From positions 4,424-68,423 of the forward strand of contig CAZUNI010000008.1 of assembly GCA_964622265.1 (NCBI GenBank): a DNA stretch of 64,000 nucleotides. The letters run 5' to 3'. The notes beneath the pieces were generated by a model, which was not told the DNA's origin, searched no databases, and saw nothing but the letters and a program-made list of their open reading frames with translations. Positions 47,481-55,879 of the stretch are shown piece after piece. Made by a program: the position numbers and the translations under genes. The stretch comes from an uncultured Acidobacteriaceae bacterium (GTDB lineage: Bacteria > Acidobacteriota > Terriglobia > Acidiferrales > UBA7541). The number at the start of each line of letters is the position of its first letter. Position 1 is the stretch's first letter.

Positions 47481-48521
47481 TTATTCGCCCGGACTCGAGT
47501 GGATTTCCGCCAAACTGAACAGTGAAGATGTTTCGCATTCGAGTCGATTCAACGCCAACTCATAATAGTGGCGGTCAATTTCAAAACCGATGCTGTTCCG
47601 TCCCCATTTCGCAGCCGCCACTGCCGTTGTTGCCGTTCCCATGAACGGATCGAGAATAGTGTCGCCTACGAAACTGAACATCCTAATCAGGCGCTCGGCC
47701 AGTTCCGAAGGGTACGGGGCCGGATGTTGCCGCGTCGAAGCACCCGTGACTCCAGACCAAATTTGCTGGAACCACTTTTTGTGGTTCTCTGCCGAGAGAA
47801 GGCTCAGCACTTTCTTCGAAATGTCGGGGGCCCTGTAACCTCCGGGTTTCCTCTCCATCAAGATAAACTCAATGTCATTCTTGATTACTCCGTTGGGTTC
47901 GTAAGGCTTTCCCAGAAAGCTTGAGCCGTTTTCGACCTCGTGTGCGGCATTTGAAATTTTGTACCAGATGATGGGTGCCAAGTTGTCATAACCGAGCTTT
48001 CGGCAGTGTTCCTGAATCGAAGCGTGTAAAGGCACAACGGTGTGCCTTCCTCCGTTTTCACGACGCGACAGGCACACGTCGCCAACGACAACGATCAAAC
48101 GCCCGCCTGGAACCAGGACCCTGAAGCAGTGGGCCCAAACCTTGTCGAGCTCGCCGAGGAACTCATCGTAATCCTCGATGTGACCGAGCTGACCGTCGGA
48201 ATCCCTATATTCTTTGAGCGTCCAATAAGGAGGAGAGGTGAGCACCAAGTGAACGCTCTCAGCCGGAACCGCATCTAGAACTCTGCCATCTCCGCGGTTG
48301 AGCCGGTGACGGGTTGGAACGCTCCGAACCGCCCGCTCGATTTCGAGAACGGCTTTCGGATCCTTGGCAAGCCGCGGGATTGCCGTCTGTGGATTGTCTA
48401 GCTCTACGAATCGCTTCGGGACGTAAACGGACAAGTCCCGTTCCGGCCCATCGGACTTTGCGGCCTCTCGCTTTGTCTTTGTCCCAAGCATCATCCCTCT
48501 ATTTCCCAAGCTATCGGCCAC
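47481..48521 (-). CDS. beta-class N4-cytosine/N6-adenine DNA methyltransferase
   Basis: Motif IV LVLTSPPYW precedes motif I VGDTILDPFMGTATTAVAA, which is the beta permutation. SPPY favours N4-cytosine specificity. Confidence 0.85.
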   Translation of the reverse strand: MADSLGNRGMMLGTKTKREAAKSDGPERDLSVYVPKRFVELDNPQTAIPRLAKDPKAVLEIERAVRSVPTRHRLNRGDGRVLDAVPAESVHLVLTSPPYWTLKEYRDSDGQLGHIEDYDEFLGELDKVWAHCFRVLVPGGRLIVVVGDVCLSRRENGGRHTVVPLHASIQEHCRKLGYDNLAPIIWYKISNAAHEVENGSSFLGKPYEPNGVIKNDIEFILMERKPGGYRAPDISKKVLSLLSAENHKKWFQQIWSGVTGASTRQHPAPYPSELAERLIRMFSFVGDTILDPFMGTATTAVAAAKWGRNSIGFEIDRHYYELALNRLECETSSLFSLAEIHSSPGE

Positions 48522-48602
48522 CAGAGTAACACGTGCTGACTCGCACTGCTTTGTCCGGAAAATCTTCCAGATTGGGAACGGATTTTTAAAGCGCAGCAGC
48601 GC

Positions 48603-49952
48603 TTAACCAAGCGAAATGGTTCTACCCTGTGATTCGAGTGAGCTCATCAATTGCATGTGAGCGCGCCAACCGTCGCCCTCCGGATCCGCTTCGACTCGCA
48701 GCAGCCGATCGCCGCTTGGAGCATATCGCAACAACTGTTCACGGATGCCCGATCGCCCCAGAATCCAACATACGGTTCGGTGACGCGATAGCATCACGCA
48801 AAGACGGCCGGCGTCCAAATGAAACTCGGATGCATCGGCGCGCCCGGAGAGCGGATGGTGGACAAGCGTAATTTCCCGCTCGAGGCCCTGGAATCGGTCA
48901 GCCGTCTCGACCAGCACATCCGATAGATCGCTGGGAAGACGTTCACGCACGGCATTTACCTGTGAAACGTGTGCGCAAACAATGCCAATCATCGCGGGCG
49001 TAACCTGCCGTGAGGCATCTCCTTCTCTGATTCGCGCGGACCTTTCGAGCACGCGAACGGTCATTTCCACGAGTACCGTAGCCAATTCCTCGTCCACTTC
49101 ACCAACTATTCTTGCAGGAAGCCCGATGAAGGAAAGGCTCGCGCCGCCTTCGGCCGCGTCCAACGCTTGATCGGTTCTCTTCCGCCCCGAGATCGGGGTT
49201 GCAACAGCAAGCGTACGTGCGCCGCTTGGTGAGAGGGCCGCAAAATTCAAATCTGGATAGAAGGCAGGCTGAACAAAATTAACTGTGTCTTGCACGAGTC
49301 TTCTAGAAACGGGCAGGCTAAGGCGCTCAACTCCGCATAGACGCTTCACCAGCGAGACTGGACACGGAACGTGCGGGCCAGCGGGATCACACCGCCATCT
49401 TTCGATTTCACACCCAATGACGGGGGCGATTTGTCCTGGGTCGCCAACAAGTACGAATCGTCTCGCGAGGCAGGCGATCAGGTGAAACCGATAATCTGGC
49501 AACTGAAAAGCCTCATCGACGATCTGCAGATCGAAAGTTTGCTCATGGTGTTGAATCCACGACCACTTCCAAGCGTTCGCGATCACAACGCAGGGGCCCG
49601 CCGGAAGTTCATCGAACTGGTCGATCACCACAAGATTCTGGATCTGGGTCAATGAAGGAGGAAGCGTCAGGTCCCTCCGCGTGAGCAGATAGAAGGTATG
49701 TCGTGGGAATCCGCACGATAGTCGTCGCGCTAGATCGAAAGCTTGCTCGTTCGTCTGGGTGGCAATCATGCATCGCTCGCGCAGCAGCGCAAGCGATTGC
49801 ACAGCGAGACGCTCCACAATATCAGTTTTTCCTGCACCTGGAGGTGAGTCTAGACGAACGGCGGGAATGCCCGCCCACTGCGTTTCGAGAACTCGGCGCA
49901 CGGCTGCATCCGCCAATTCCTGTGGTGCCGTCGCAATTGTTGTTACGCTCAT
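48603..49952 (-). CDS. SF1 helicase-like P-loop ATPase (gene D of the four-gene operon)
   Basis: Walker A DSPPGAGKT, Walker B IVDEAFQLP, and motifs LVGDPGQIAPV, TADRFQGLERE and VMLSRHR. Confidence 0.8.
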   Translation of the reverse strand: MSVTTIATAPQELADAAVRRVLETQWAGIPAVRLDSPPGAGKTDIVERLAVQSLALLRERCMIATQTNEQAFDLARRLSCGFPRHTFYLLTRRDLTLPPSLTQIQNLVVIDQFDELPAGPCVVIANAWKWSWIQHHEQTFDLQIVDEAFQLPDYRFHLIACLARRFVLVGDPGQIAPVIGCEIERWRCDPAGPHVPCPVSLVKRLCGVERLSLPVSRRLVQDTVNFVQPAFYPDLNFAALSPSGARTLAVATPISGRKRTDQALDAAEGGASLSFIGLPARIVGEVDEELATVLVEMTVRVLERSARIREGDASRQVTPAMIGIVCAHVSQVNAVRERLPSDLSDVLVETADRFQGLEREITLVHHPLSGRADASEFHLDAGRLCVMLSRHRTVCWILGRSGIREQLLRYAPSGDRLLRVEADPEGDGWRAHMQLMSSLESQGRTISLG

Positions 49953-51397
49953 CGCAGGCCTTCAACGGCCGCGAGCAAATCAGCGGGCTTCGGGGTGCCC
50001 GTGGGTGAAGCGTCCGGGACCTGTCCGTTCTGGTGCGTCCAAACGGGTTGAGCAAGGCGGTCCCGCATCTGCTTTCGCAGCCGGATAATGCGATTCCAAT
50101 CAGGAGGAGAGGAGCCTAGCGACACCTCCTGGTCCGGCACAGGCAGCCCGACGGAACGCTTGCCCTGTAGCATTAAGACGGAAACCCGCTTGATTTGCCC
50201 GTTGCGGCGAACGTCCGTTATAACCACCTTCATTCGAGGATCGGCCAACAGATATAGCTCATCCCTCCGTCGGACGTGCAGCATTCTCTGCTCGGTCACG
50301 ACAGTGAACCGGCACTCAAACCGACGTGGAGATAAACGTGTTCTTACTGGATTTTCAACGATTCCGCACAAAATCCTCCCCGCCAACCGCTCGCGCTCAA
50401 AGTGGACCTTGTCGCCATAGAGCAACGCAGCGCGCGCGCCATCTGCGGCGTCCTCGCGGGAAGCCAAACGGAATGCCGCCGACTTCGGGCTGTCGCGCAG
50501 TGGCAACGCATGACCGAGCTCTCTCGATGTCATAAAAGAACGAAATTCATCCGCCTCTCGGGCTTCCAAACCGTCGAGATGCACAATTGGATCGAGTTGC
50601 TCTTGGATCAAAAGTGAGATCGCATCTTGTGTAGCTTCGTAGATTCGTAGGACCACTGGACGCAACACCGCTTCGATTCGCGAGGCCCGCGTCGCAAGTT
50701 CAGCGCTGGTAGCCTTTCTCTTTCGGGCCCCGTTGTATCGTGACACAAGCGGATCGAGCTCGTTGCGATCGAAATCCGGATCGGTCTTTACGCTCATCGG
50801 TAAATCTTCCGCAGCGGCGACGGCGGCCAAAACGTTTCGACCCGCAGGAGGGCGCATCCAGACAAGCAATGCACCCAAATGCTCATCTTCCGCTTCCTGC
50901 TGACCCGTAGCGAAATGCATCCTGAGTGCGCCGGTTGCCGTCACTAGAGCTTGCTGCCCTTCAACCGGAAAGCGTTCGGTGGCATAAGAAAGCAGTTCGC
51001 CGAAACGCTTCACGCGGAGATTTTCGCGATTGAACCGCAAACGGTCACCGAGTGTGTCCAGCAATCCCACCGCACCGGAGGATGGTAGCCAAATCTGCGG
51101 GTACGTTCCGTCCTGCTGACACTCTTCAAAATATCGCTCCACGCGTTCTCCGAGCCATTCAAAGAGATCATATTGGTCGTCCCGATAACGTGGATCCGGA
51201 ACACATCGAATGTCTGCTGGCTGGCCAAGGTGCCCGCACGCCACGATGTGGATCGTTGTGTCTTCTCCAGCCATCGCGATTGGGCAGATCACGAGTGCGT
51301 CTGGGCGGATTGCGATCCGCTGGTTGGATGCAATGCGGACAGCGCGTCCTTCTCGGAACGCCAGTAGCCTCGACACGACATTTAAAATATCGAGCAT
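49949..51397 (-). CDS. hypothetical protein (gene C of the four-gene operon)
   Basis: Uninterrupted ORF. The preferred ATG at 51397 lies 1 nt after the gene B stop (TGAGATG), and its stop overlaps the gene D start (ATGA). I recognise no motif. Confidence 0.55.
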   Translation of the reverse strand: MLDILNVVSRLLAFREGRAVRIASNQRIAIRPDALVICPIAMAGEDTTIHIVACGHLGQPADIRCVPDPRYRDDQYDLFEWLGERVERYFEECQQDGTYPQIWLPSSGAVGLLDTLGDRLRFNRENLRVKRFGELLSYATERFPVEGQQALVTATGALRMHFATGQQEAEDEHLGALLVWMRPPAGRNVLAAVAAAEDLPMSVKTDPDFDRNELDPLVSRYNGARKRKATSAELATRASRIEAVLRPVVLRIYEATQDAISLLIQEQLDPIVHLDGLEAREADEFRSFMTSRELGHALPLRDSPKSAAFRLASREDAADGARAALLYGDKVHFERERLAGRILCGIVENPVRTRLSPRRFECRFTVVTEQRMLHVRRRDELYLLADPRMKVVITDVRRNGQIKRVSVLMLQGKRSVGLPVPDQEVSLGSSPPDWNRIIRLRKQMRDRLAQPVWTHQNGQVPDASPTGTPKPADLLAAVEGLR

Positions 51398-51398
51398 C

Positions 51399-52502
51399 TC
51401 AGCCTGCCCTCCGCAGCGCCGCTGCCACCTCTTGAAGTTTCTCGGCCAACGCCCTTTCAGCTTCCGTCCTGGGTCGCGTGCCATGGAGGAGGTCTGCAGC
51501 ACGCGAAATTGAACCCGCCGGAATCAAGAGTTCTTTCGCCTGTTCGCCCAGGAGGATTGGATCCTGAGTGGCAATCGCAGCTTGCTTGCAGTGCTTCGCT
51601 AAAGCGCAGTATTCACGGCAATTCGAGCGATAACTGTTCGGCACAGCTTCCAGGACCCTTGCCTGGTCGAGCCTCCCGCCTGCGGGTAGTAATGCTTCGA
51701 GTTCGTCGAGATTTCTGGGTGCTTCCCCAAATGCACGCTCGAGGGAAGCCACTTCGTTGCGAATCGTCATTTCGCTTAGCCGTCCTTGACGCGACGCAGG
51801 AATACGCAACACTAGATCGCAGATTGGCGGAACGGCCGTAGTCGCTTCGGGAATTCCAAGCCGCTCCGCAACTTGGCGAAGAGAAACAACAGCAACCGCA
51901 GCCTGGCGGCAGGCGCTGCGGAGGTCTGCCGGATCTGTTTTGCCTGCGCGGTCCGAATACGATTTCAGTTCAATCGGGCGGTAGAATTTGTCCGCGTCTG
52001 CGGCCACGATAGCATCCGGCTCGATTCCGTGTTCAATACCGAGCAGCGCGACAGTCAACCGTGGTTTGATAATCAAATTTGGGGCCGCCGCATCTCCAGA
52101 TGCTTTGAGGCGAAGAAAGCGGAGCGTCTCCGCAGCACGCTGCGCGACAACGCGGGGCCCCACTCCGGGGACCAGATCGGGAATCACGACAACTTTGCAC
52201 TCAGCGGTAGTGAGGTGCTCCGCGTCGCGCAGAAGCTTCAGAAGGGCTGCCGCGCCGTCTTTGATCAATCCCTGCTCAAAAGCGTTGCCGATTGCTAAAG
52301 CAAATGGCGACTGCCCTCGCTGCGTCTGTTCTCCATAAACACTTTCGGCGGCAGTCTTCGGCGTGATTCCTGCAATCGTTAACGCGCGCAGCCTCGTGCA
52401 TTCCGGATTCCGGGCGATGCGTTCAATTCCTCGCGCGCCGGGTTCCTCAGCGGGCAAGCTTCCCCGTAAATGCGCAAGTCGTTGATCAACTGGCAAGCTC
52501 AT
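51399..52502 (-). CDS. Cas4/RecB-like PD-(D/E)xK nuclease candidate (gene B of the four-gene operon)
   Basis: GIEPDAIVAAD...YRPIELKS (GxxD ... ExK), plus one N-terminal Cys (NPECTRL) and the C-terminal cluster CREYCALAKHC (C-x3-C-x5-C), reminiscent of Fe-S Cas4/AddB nucleases. Confidence 0.5.
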   Translation of the reverse strand: MSLPVDQRLAHLRGSLPAEEPGARGIERIARNPECTRLRALTIAGITPKTAAESVYGEQTQRGQSPFALAIGNAFEQGLIKDGAAALLKLLRDAEHLTTAECKVVVIPDLVPGVGPRVVAQRAAETLRFLRLKASGDAAAPNLIIKPRLTVALLGIEHGIEPDAIVAADADKFYRPIELKSYSDRAGKTDPADLRSACRQAAVAVVSLRQVAERLGIPEATTAVPPICDLVLRIPASRQGRLSEMTIRNEVASLERAFGEAPRNLDELEALLPAGGRLDQARVLEAVPNSYRSNCREYCALAKHCKQAAIATQDPILLGEQAKELLIPAGSISRAADLLHGTRPRTEAERALAEKLQEVAAALRRAG

Positions 52503-53359
52503 CGTCCGGCTGCCTTCCTGATGGAGCCAGTATGGCCTTCAATTACCGCAGGGCGGCCCCAAAGTTGCGCGTACGCAGGAAGTTTCAAAAGTTCCGGAAC
52601 ATCGGCTTTGCGTTCTCCAAGGTCGAGAGATTCGATCGCATCGAGCTCGGATTGTGCCGCTTCGCGAATTTGATCCGTATCGATTTCGTCCGCCGTGGAA
52701 GTTGCACCGGGAATGCTACGCGCGTAGCGCCGCAGTAATTCAAGGAGCCTGTCGCTGCTACCCGAAGCCTTCGTTTGATTCAATACGGTGAGGCGTCGCA
52801 GCAGGGCAAACACGGTCTTCAAATGGTTGACCCGCAGAGTGCGAGGCCCGATTAGCCTTCTTTCCGGCTCCCAAACTGAACTTACCACTAGCCGGGGGAT
52901 GGCTCGAAATCCTCGCGCGTTCAATGCGGGAACCAACCAAGCGGGTCTCGCCAGCGAATCCCTTCGATATGCGCTGTGCTCGTCTCTCCGCAAACTCGCA
53001 AACCTACCCGCAGGAACTAACATTCCGAACCAGACAGCAGCGCATTCGGAGAGCGTTCCCGGAGAAGAAGGGACTCCCAACTCGTCCAGGATGTCCAACA
53101 CCACTTCTCGAATCGGACGCTGTCCGGAGCGCGCGTTGTACGCGCCATAGCGTTCGGGCTTTTCCAGATCGCACAGCTTTAAATCTTGCACAATCCGCTG
53201 GTGCTGAGAGTTCAGACGGGCAACAACTGCTTGAATCTCGTCAATCGCGTTGGAAGAACTACCCGGGCTCGCAAGAAGCTTTCCCAATTCGGCAAGGGCG
53301 ACCTGTTGTTTTTTTACTACCGCCGCAAGCCGGCTTTTCAAGTGCGCTGTCTGATTCAT
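52499..53359 (-). CDS. hypothetical protein with N-terminal coiled coil (gene A of the four-gene operon)
   Basis: 286-aa ORF whose stop overlaps the gene B start (ATGA). It has a coiled-coil-like N-terminus and a possible wHTH (PIREVVLDILDELGVPSSPGTLSE). Confidence 0.5.
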   Translation of the reverse strand: MNQTAHLKSRLAAVVKKQQVALAELGKLLASPGSSSNAIDEIQAVVARLNSQHQRIVQDLKLCDLEKPERYGAYNARSGQRPIREVVLDILDELGVPSSPGTLSECAAVWFGMLVPAGRFASLRRDEHSAYRRDSLARPAWLVPALNARGFRAIPRLVVSSVWEPERRLIGPRTLRVNHLKTVFALLRRLTVLNQTKASGSSDRLLELLRRYARSIPGATSTADEIDTDQIREAAQSELDAIESLDLGERKADVPELLKLPAYAQLWGRPAVIEGHTGSIRKAAGR

Positions 53360-53436
53360 GGAACAAGTCTAGCATTCCACGCTTTTCCACGCAAGTCCAT
53401 AATGAGCCGATTCTGTCGCCGTGGTAGTGCGGTGCG

Positions 53437-54075
53437 TCAGTCGCTGATGTGGGAGACCCGGCTCTTTTTCAGATCGCTGAGGCGAAGGCGTCCGCGCTGG
53501 TCGATGCCGACCGGATAATCGCGGCCACTTTTGACATACCTTCTCTTGTTGATGGGGATAGCCGTCGGACCGCAATTGCTGGCTGCGAGCACAGCGGCGT
53601 ATGCCTTGGTTGGTACGAGGGCGCGCACAAAGTTATCACCAATCTTGAATTCCGCTAGCTTCCAGCGGCGGGGGCCACGCAGCAACCCGCGCTCTCTCAA
53701 CTTCTGTGTTTCCCATTGCGCTGCCCTAAGCTGTTCAAAAGTCGCGAGGGGATAGCGATCCCGAGGCATCTGTAGCCGCCCATCCGCGAAAAATCCTTCA
53801 AGTAATGGCACGGGCCAGTACGCCGCGAATTCCCGCACGAGCTTTTGAACCCACGTGTGGCTTACTCCGATCCGCCGCGCAAGCTCGCGGCGCGAGCATC
53901 GTGGTCCCTGGTCGATGTACCACTGCCAAACAAGGCGCTGGATCGTCTGCGACTCAGCCAAGCTCCGCCATAGTCGTGGCTTTCGGCCATTCGCATTGGC
54001 TTTCGCGAGGTTCTGTCGGGATGTTTCACGTGACGGCACCGGGGAATTGTTAGCGGAGTTGCCAGTCCTCCTCAA
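53437..54075 (-). CDS. HTH-containing hypothetical protein
   Basis: CSRRELARRIGVSHTWVQKLV HTH-like segment. It lies 77 nt upstream of gene A on the same strand. Confidence 0.45.
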   Translation of the reverse strand: MRRTGNSANNSPVPSRETSRQNLAKANANGRKPRLWRSLAESQTIQRLVWQWYIDQGPRCSRRELARRIGVSHTWVQKLVREFAAYWPVPLLEGFFADGRLQMPRDRYPLATFEQLRAAQWETQKLRERGLLRGPRRWKLAEFKIGDNFVRALVPTKAYAAVLAASNCGPTAIPINKRRYVKSGRDYPVGIDQRGRLRLSDLKKSRVSHISD

Positions 54076-54365
54076 TCGTGTCTAAAGGACTTAGGAAAAC
54101 AGACTATCAAGCGTGGCAAATTATTCTTGCCTTGACGCCCATATTCCGTCCCTTGCCACTCCTCCAGCCGCTGGAGGTAGAAACTCAGAAGTTGGTGTGA
54201 GGTTCCCATCTCGGCTGCGAGTGTCCGCAGCGAACTCCTGAACGATTCCGGCGTGTGCTTCCACTCCATGAGTCTTGCTCGAATCTCTGCCGCGCGAGAT
54301 TCACTAGTGGGCTTGCGCCCTCGCTTATGGCGGGTAGCATTAACGGGCTTGGACGATCCATTCAT
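54072..54365 (-). CDS. small hypothetical protein (possible HTH)
   Basis: 97-aa ORF with a 4-nt overlap with the downstream gene. LRTLAAEMGTSHQLLSFYLQRL is HTH-like. Confidence 0.35.
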   Translation of the reverse strand: MNGSSKPVNATRHKRGRKPTSESRAAEIRARLMEWKHTPESFRSSLRTLAAEMGTSHQLLSFYLQRLEEWQGTEYGRQGKNNLPRLIVCFPKSFRHD

Positions 54366-54408
54366 TGAACTTTGCCCTCTGGCTCACAGTCCGGTTTACG
54401 ATTTCGCA

Positions 54409-54771
54409 TTACAGGCGATTTGCCGAAGCAAACCGTTCGTCTTGCCCGTCACCCTGAATGAACTGACTTTCGACGACAGGCGGTGCGTTGTGACGCGGCA
54501 CCCGGCCATCCGTCGAACAATCGCGGTCGAACTTTCTTCCGCAATGTGGGCATCGGCCGCTTCTCGCCTTCCGTCGTTTCTCTTGCATCCGCTCTCGTTT
54601 GTCTGCTCGTCGGCATTCTTGGCCGCAAAAATTGCGGTCGTATATCGGGCGCCCATCGCTTCCAATGAGGAGCTTGCCGCATCCTGCGCGGCTGCACACT
54701 CGTCCTCGGACGTTAGACGTCGGCTCAATGCGACCCGGTATTTGCGGCTGTGCGGGAAATGTTTCCATCAA
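54409..54771 (-). CDS. small Cys-rich zinc-ribbon-like protein
   Basis: CSRAGCGKLL...FCGQEC...CPHCGRKF cysteine pairs. It is one of three overlapping frames, chosen for the CxxC pairs. Confidence 0.35.
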   Translation of the reverse strand: MMETFPAQPQIPGRIEPTSNVRGRVCSRAGCGKLLIGSDGRPIYDRNFCGQECRRADKRERMQEKRRKARSGRCPHCGRKFDRDCSTDGRVPRHNAPPVVESQFIQGDGQDERFASANRL

Positions 54772-54841
54772 GCCGCCACGTCTGGGACGAGTTCAAATCG
54801 GTAGGGGAGAATTAGGGCTGTCGCGTTCGGAGCGTTGCAAG

Positions 54842-54853
54842 CCCCCGCAACCA
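54842..54853 (+). repeat. 12-nt copy of the tRNA-Met 3' tip (right junction of the integrated element), copy C
   Basis: cccccgcaacca is identical to 32495-32506. It is followed by actatcat and a terminator hairpin homologous to the sequence following copy A. Confidence 0.75.
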
Positions 54854-54874
54854 ACTATCATCTGAAATCACAAT

Positions 54875-54903
54875 GGCTTGCTTGAAGTGAGCAAGCCCAT
54901 TTT
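54875..54903 (+). terminator. terminator-like hairpin homologous to 28177-28208
   Basis: ggcttgct-tgaagtg-agcaagcc followed by cat-tttt. It aligns with the hairpin after tRNA relic A. Confidence 0.6.
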
Positions 54904-55088
54904 GATTACCCAATGGTTATCAATCGTGATTCAAGTCCGGAATCAATGAAACATCACAGATCGGAAAGGACTTCCATTTGTTCGGTCAATGCCCACGGCT
55001 AGCCCGTTGGGTACATGTTCGGGCGTTGAACAAAGAATCATCTATAAATATCTGGTGTTCTTCCTCGGTGCGTCACGGTCCGGGTGCT

Positions 55089-55307
55089 TTACCGAATATT
55101 GACCGATTCCAAGGGCAGAGCACTTGGCGAGCGGAGAGTTCGAAAATCCAACATGGGTGTCTGGCCGAAGAAACGGCTGTATTCGCGATTGAATTGCCTG
55201 GGGCTTTCGTATTCGACCTCAAAGGTGGCACTGGCGGGGGCCGCGCCGATAAGCTCTGTCAACATGATGGCCATCAACTGCGGAGTGATTGGCGGTTGGC
55301 GGCACAC
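55089..55307 (-). pseudogene. AraC-family regulator C-terminal remnant
   Basis: FEVEYESPRQFNREYSRFFGQTPMLDFR matches only the second HTH of AraC/XylS proteins. No in-frame N-terminal domain is present. Confidence 0.4.
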
Positions 55308-55409
55308 TCTTGCACGCGGAATCGGCTCCGTCGCCGGCGAAAATGGATTCCTCGTCGGTGATTTCGTTGTGTTCCTTCCTCATGTCGAGTCGAAGCCTGC
55401 CAAAGATAC

Positions 55410-55712
55410 TCATATAGATGTTTGCCACCCAGACCAGTGAAAAGTCGGAATCAGATACCCACGCCAATCCGGATACAAAAGTTTGTAGTGGGTAACAATC
55501 AAAAAGGATGCGGTGACGTAGTGGCTGAAACAGTATTCGCAGGTGAAGAGATAGAAGAATTTACGCTCGAAGCTGAACCGGCACGTTTTGCCGTTGGCGA
55601 CGCAGAAGTTATGAAATTCTCGAACGACTTCTTCGTGCGCTAAAATCCATGCAACGGACGCAATGGTTAGAGCAATGATAAAAAGTTCTAAAACCTGTAG
55701 CGAAATATTCAT
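55410..55712 (-). CDS. small hypothetical membrane protein
   Basis: 100-aa ORF with hydrophobic helices and no recognisable motif. Confidence 0.3.
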   Translation of the reverse strand: MNISLQVLELFIIALTIASVAWILAHEEVVREFHNFCVANGKTCRFSFERKFFYLFTCEYCFSHYVTASFLIVTHYKLLYPDWRGYLIPTFHWSGWQTSI

Positions 55713-55879
55713 AACCCTAACCTAGTCTCCGGAATGCAATCGCATCTGTTCCAAACAGGACAGCTTTCTTGCAGACGTGCTGCCATGCTGCGTTTTCAGG
55801 AAAACCATTTCTCGAATATGTCGTCACGCAGATACAGCCAGGAACTGGAGTGAATTAGAAAATTGAAAGGACTGCGATC

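Larger units (their letters stand above)
32461..54853. mobile_element. integrated genomic island / integrative element of about 22.4 kb (serine-recombinase type) carrying defence cargo
   Basis: Bounded by tRNA relic B and a 12-nt repeat of its 3' tip (cccccgcaacca at 32495-32506 and 54842-54853). It contains a large serine recombinase, an Xis-like HTH, a resolvase, XRE/HTH genes, an R-M pair, a helicase/nuclease operon and an NLR-like gene. Confidence 0.75.
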
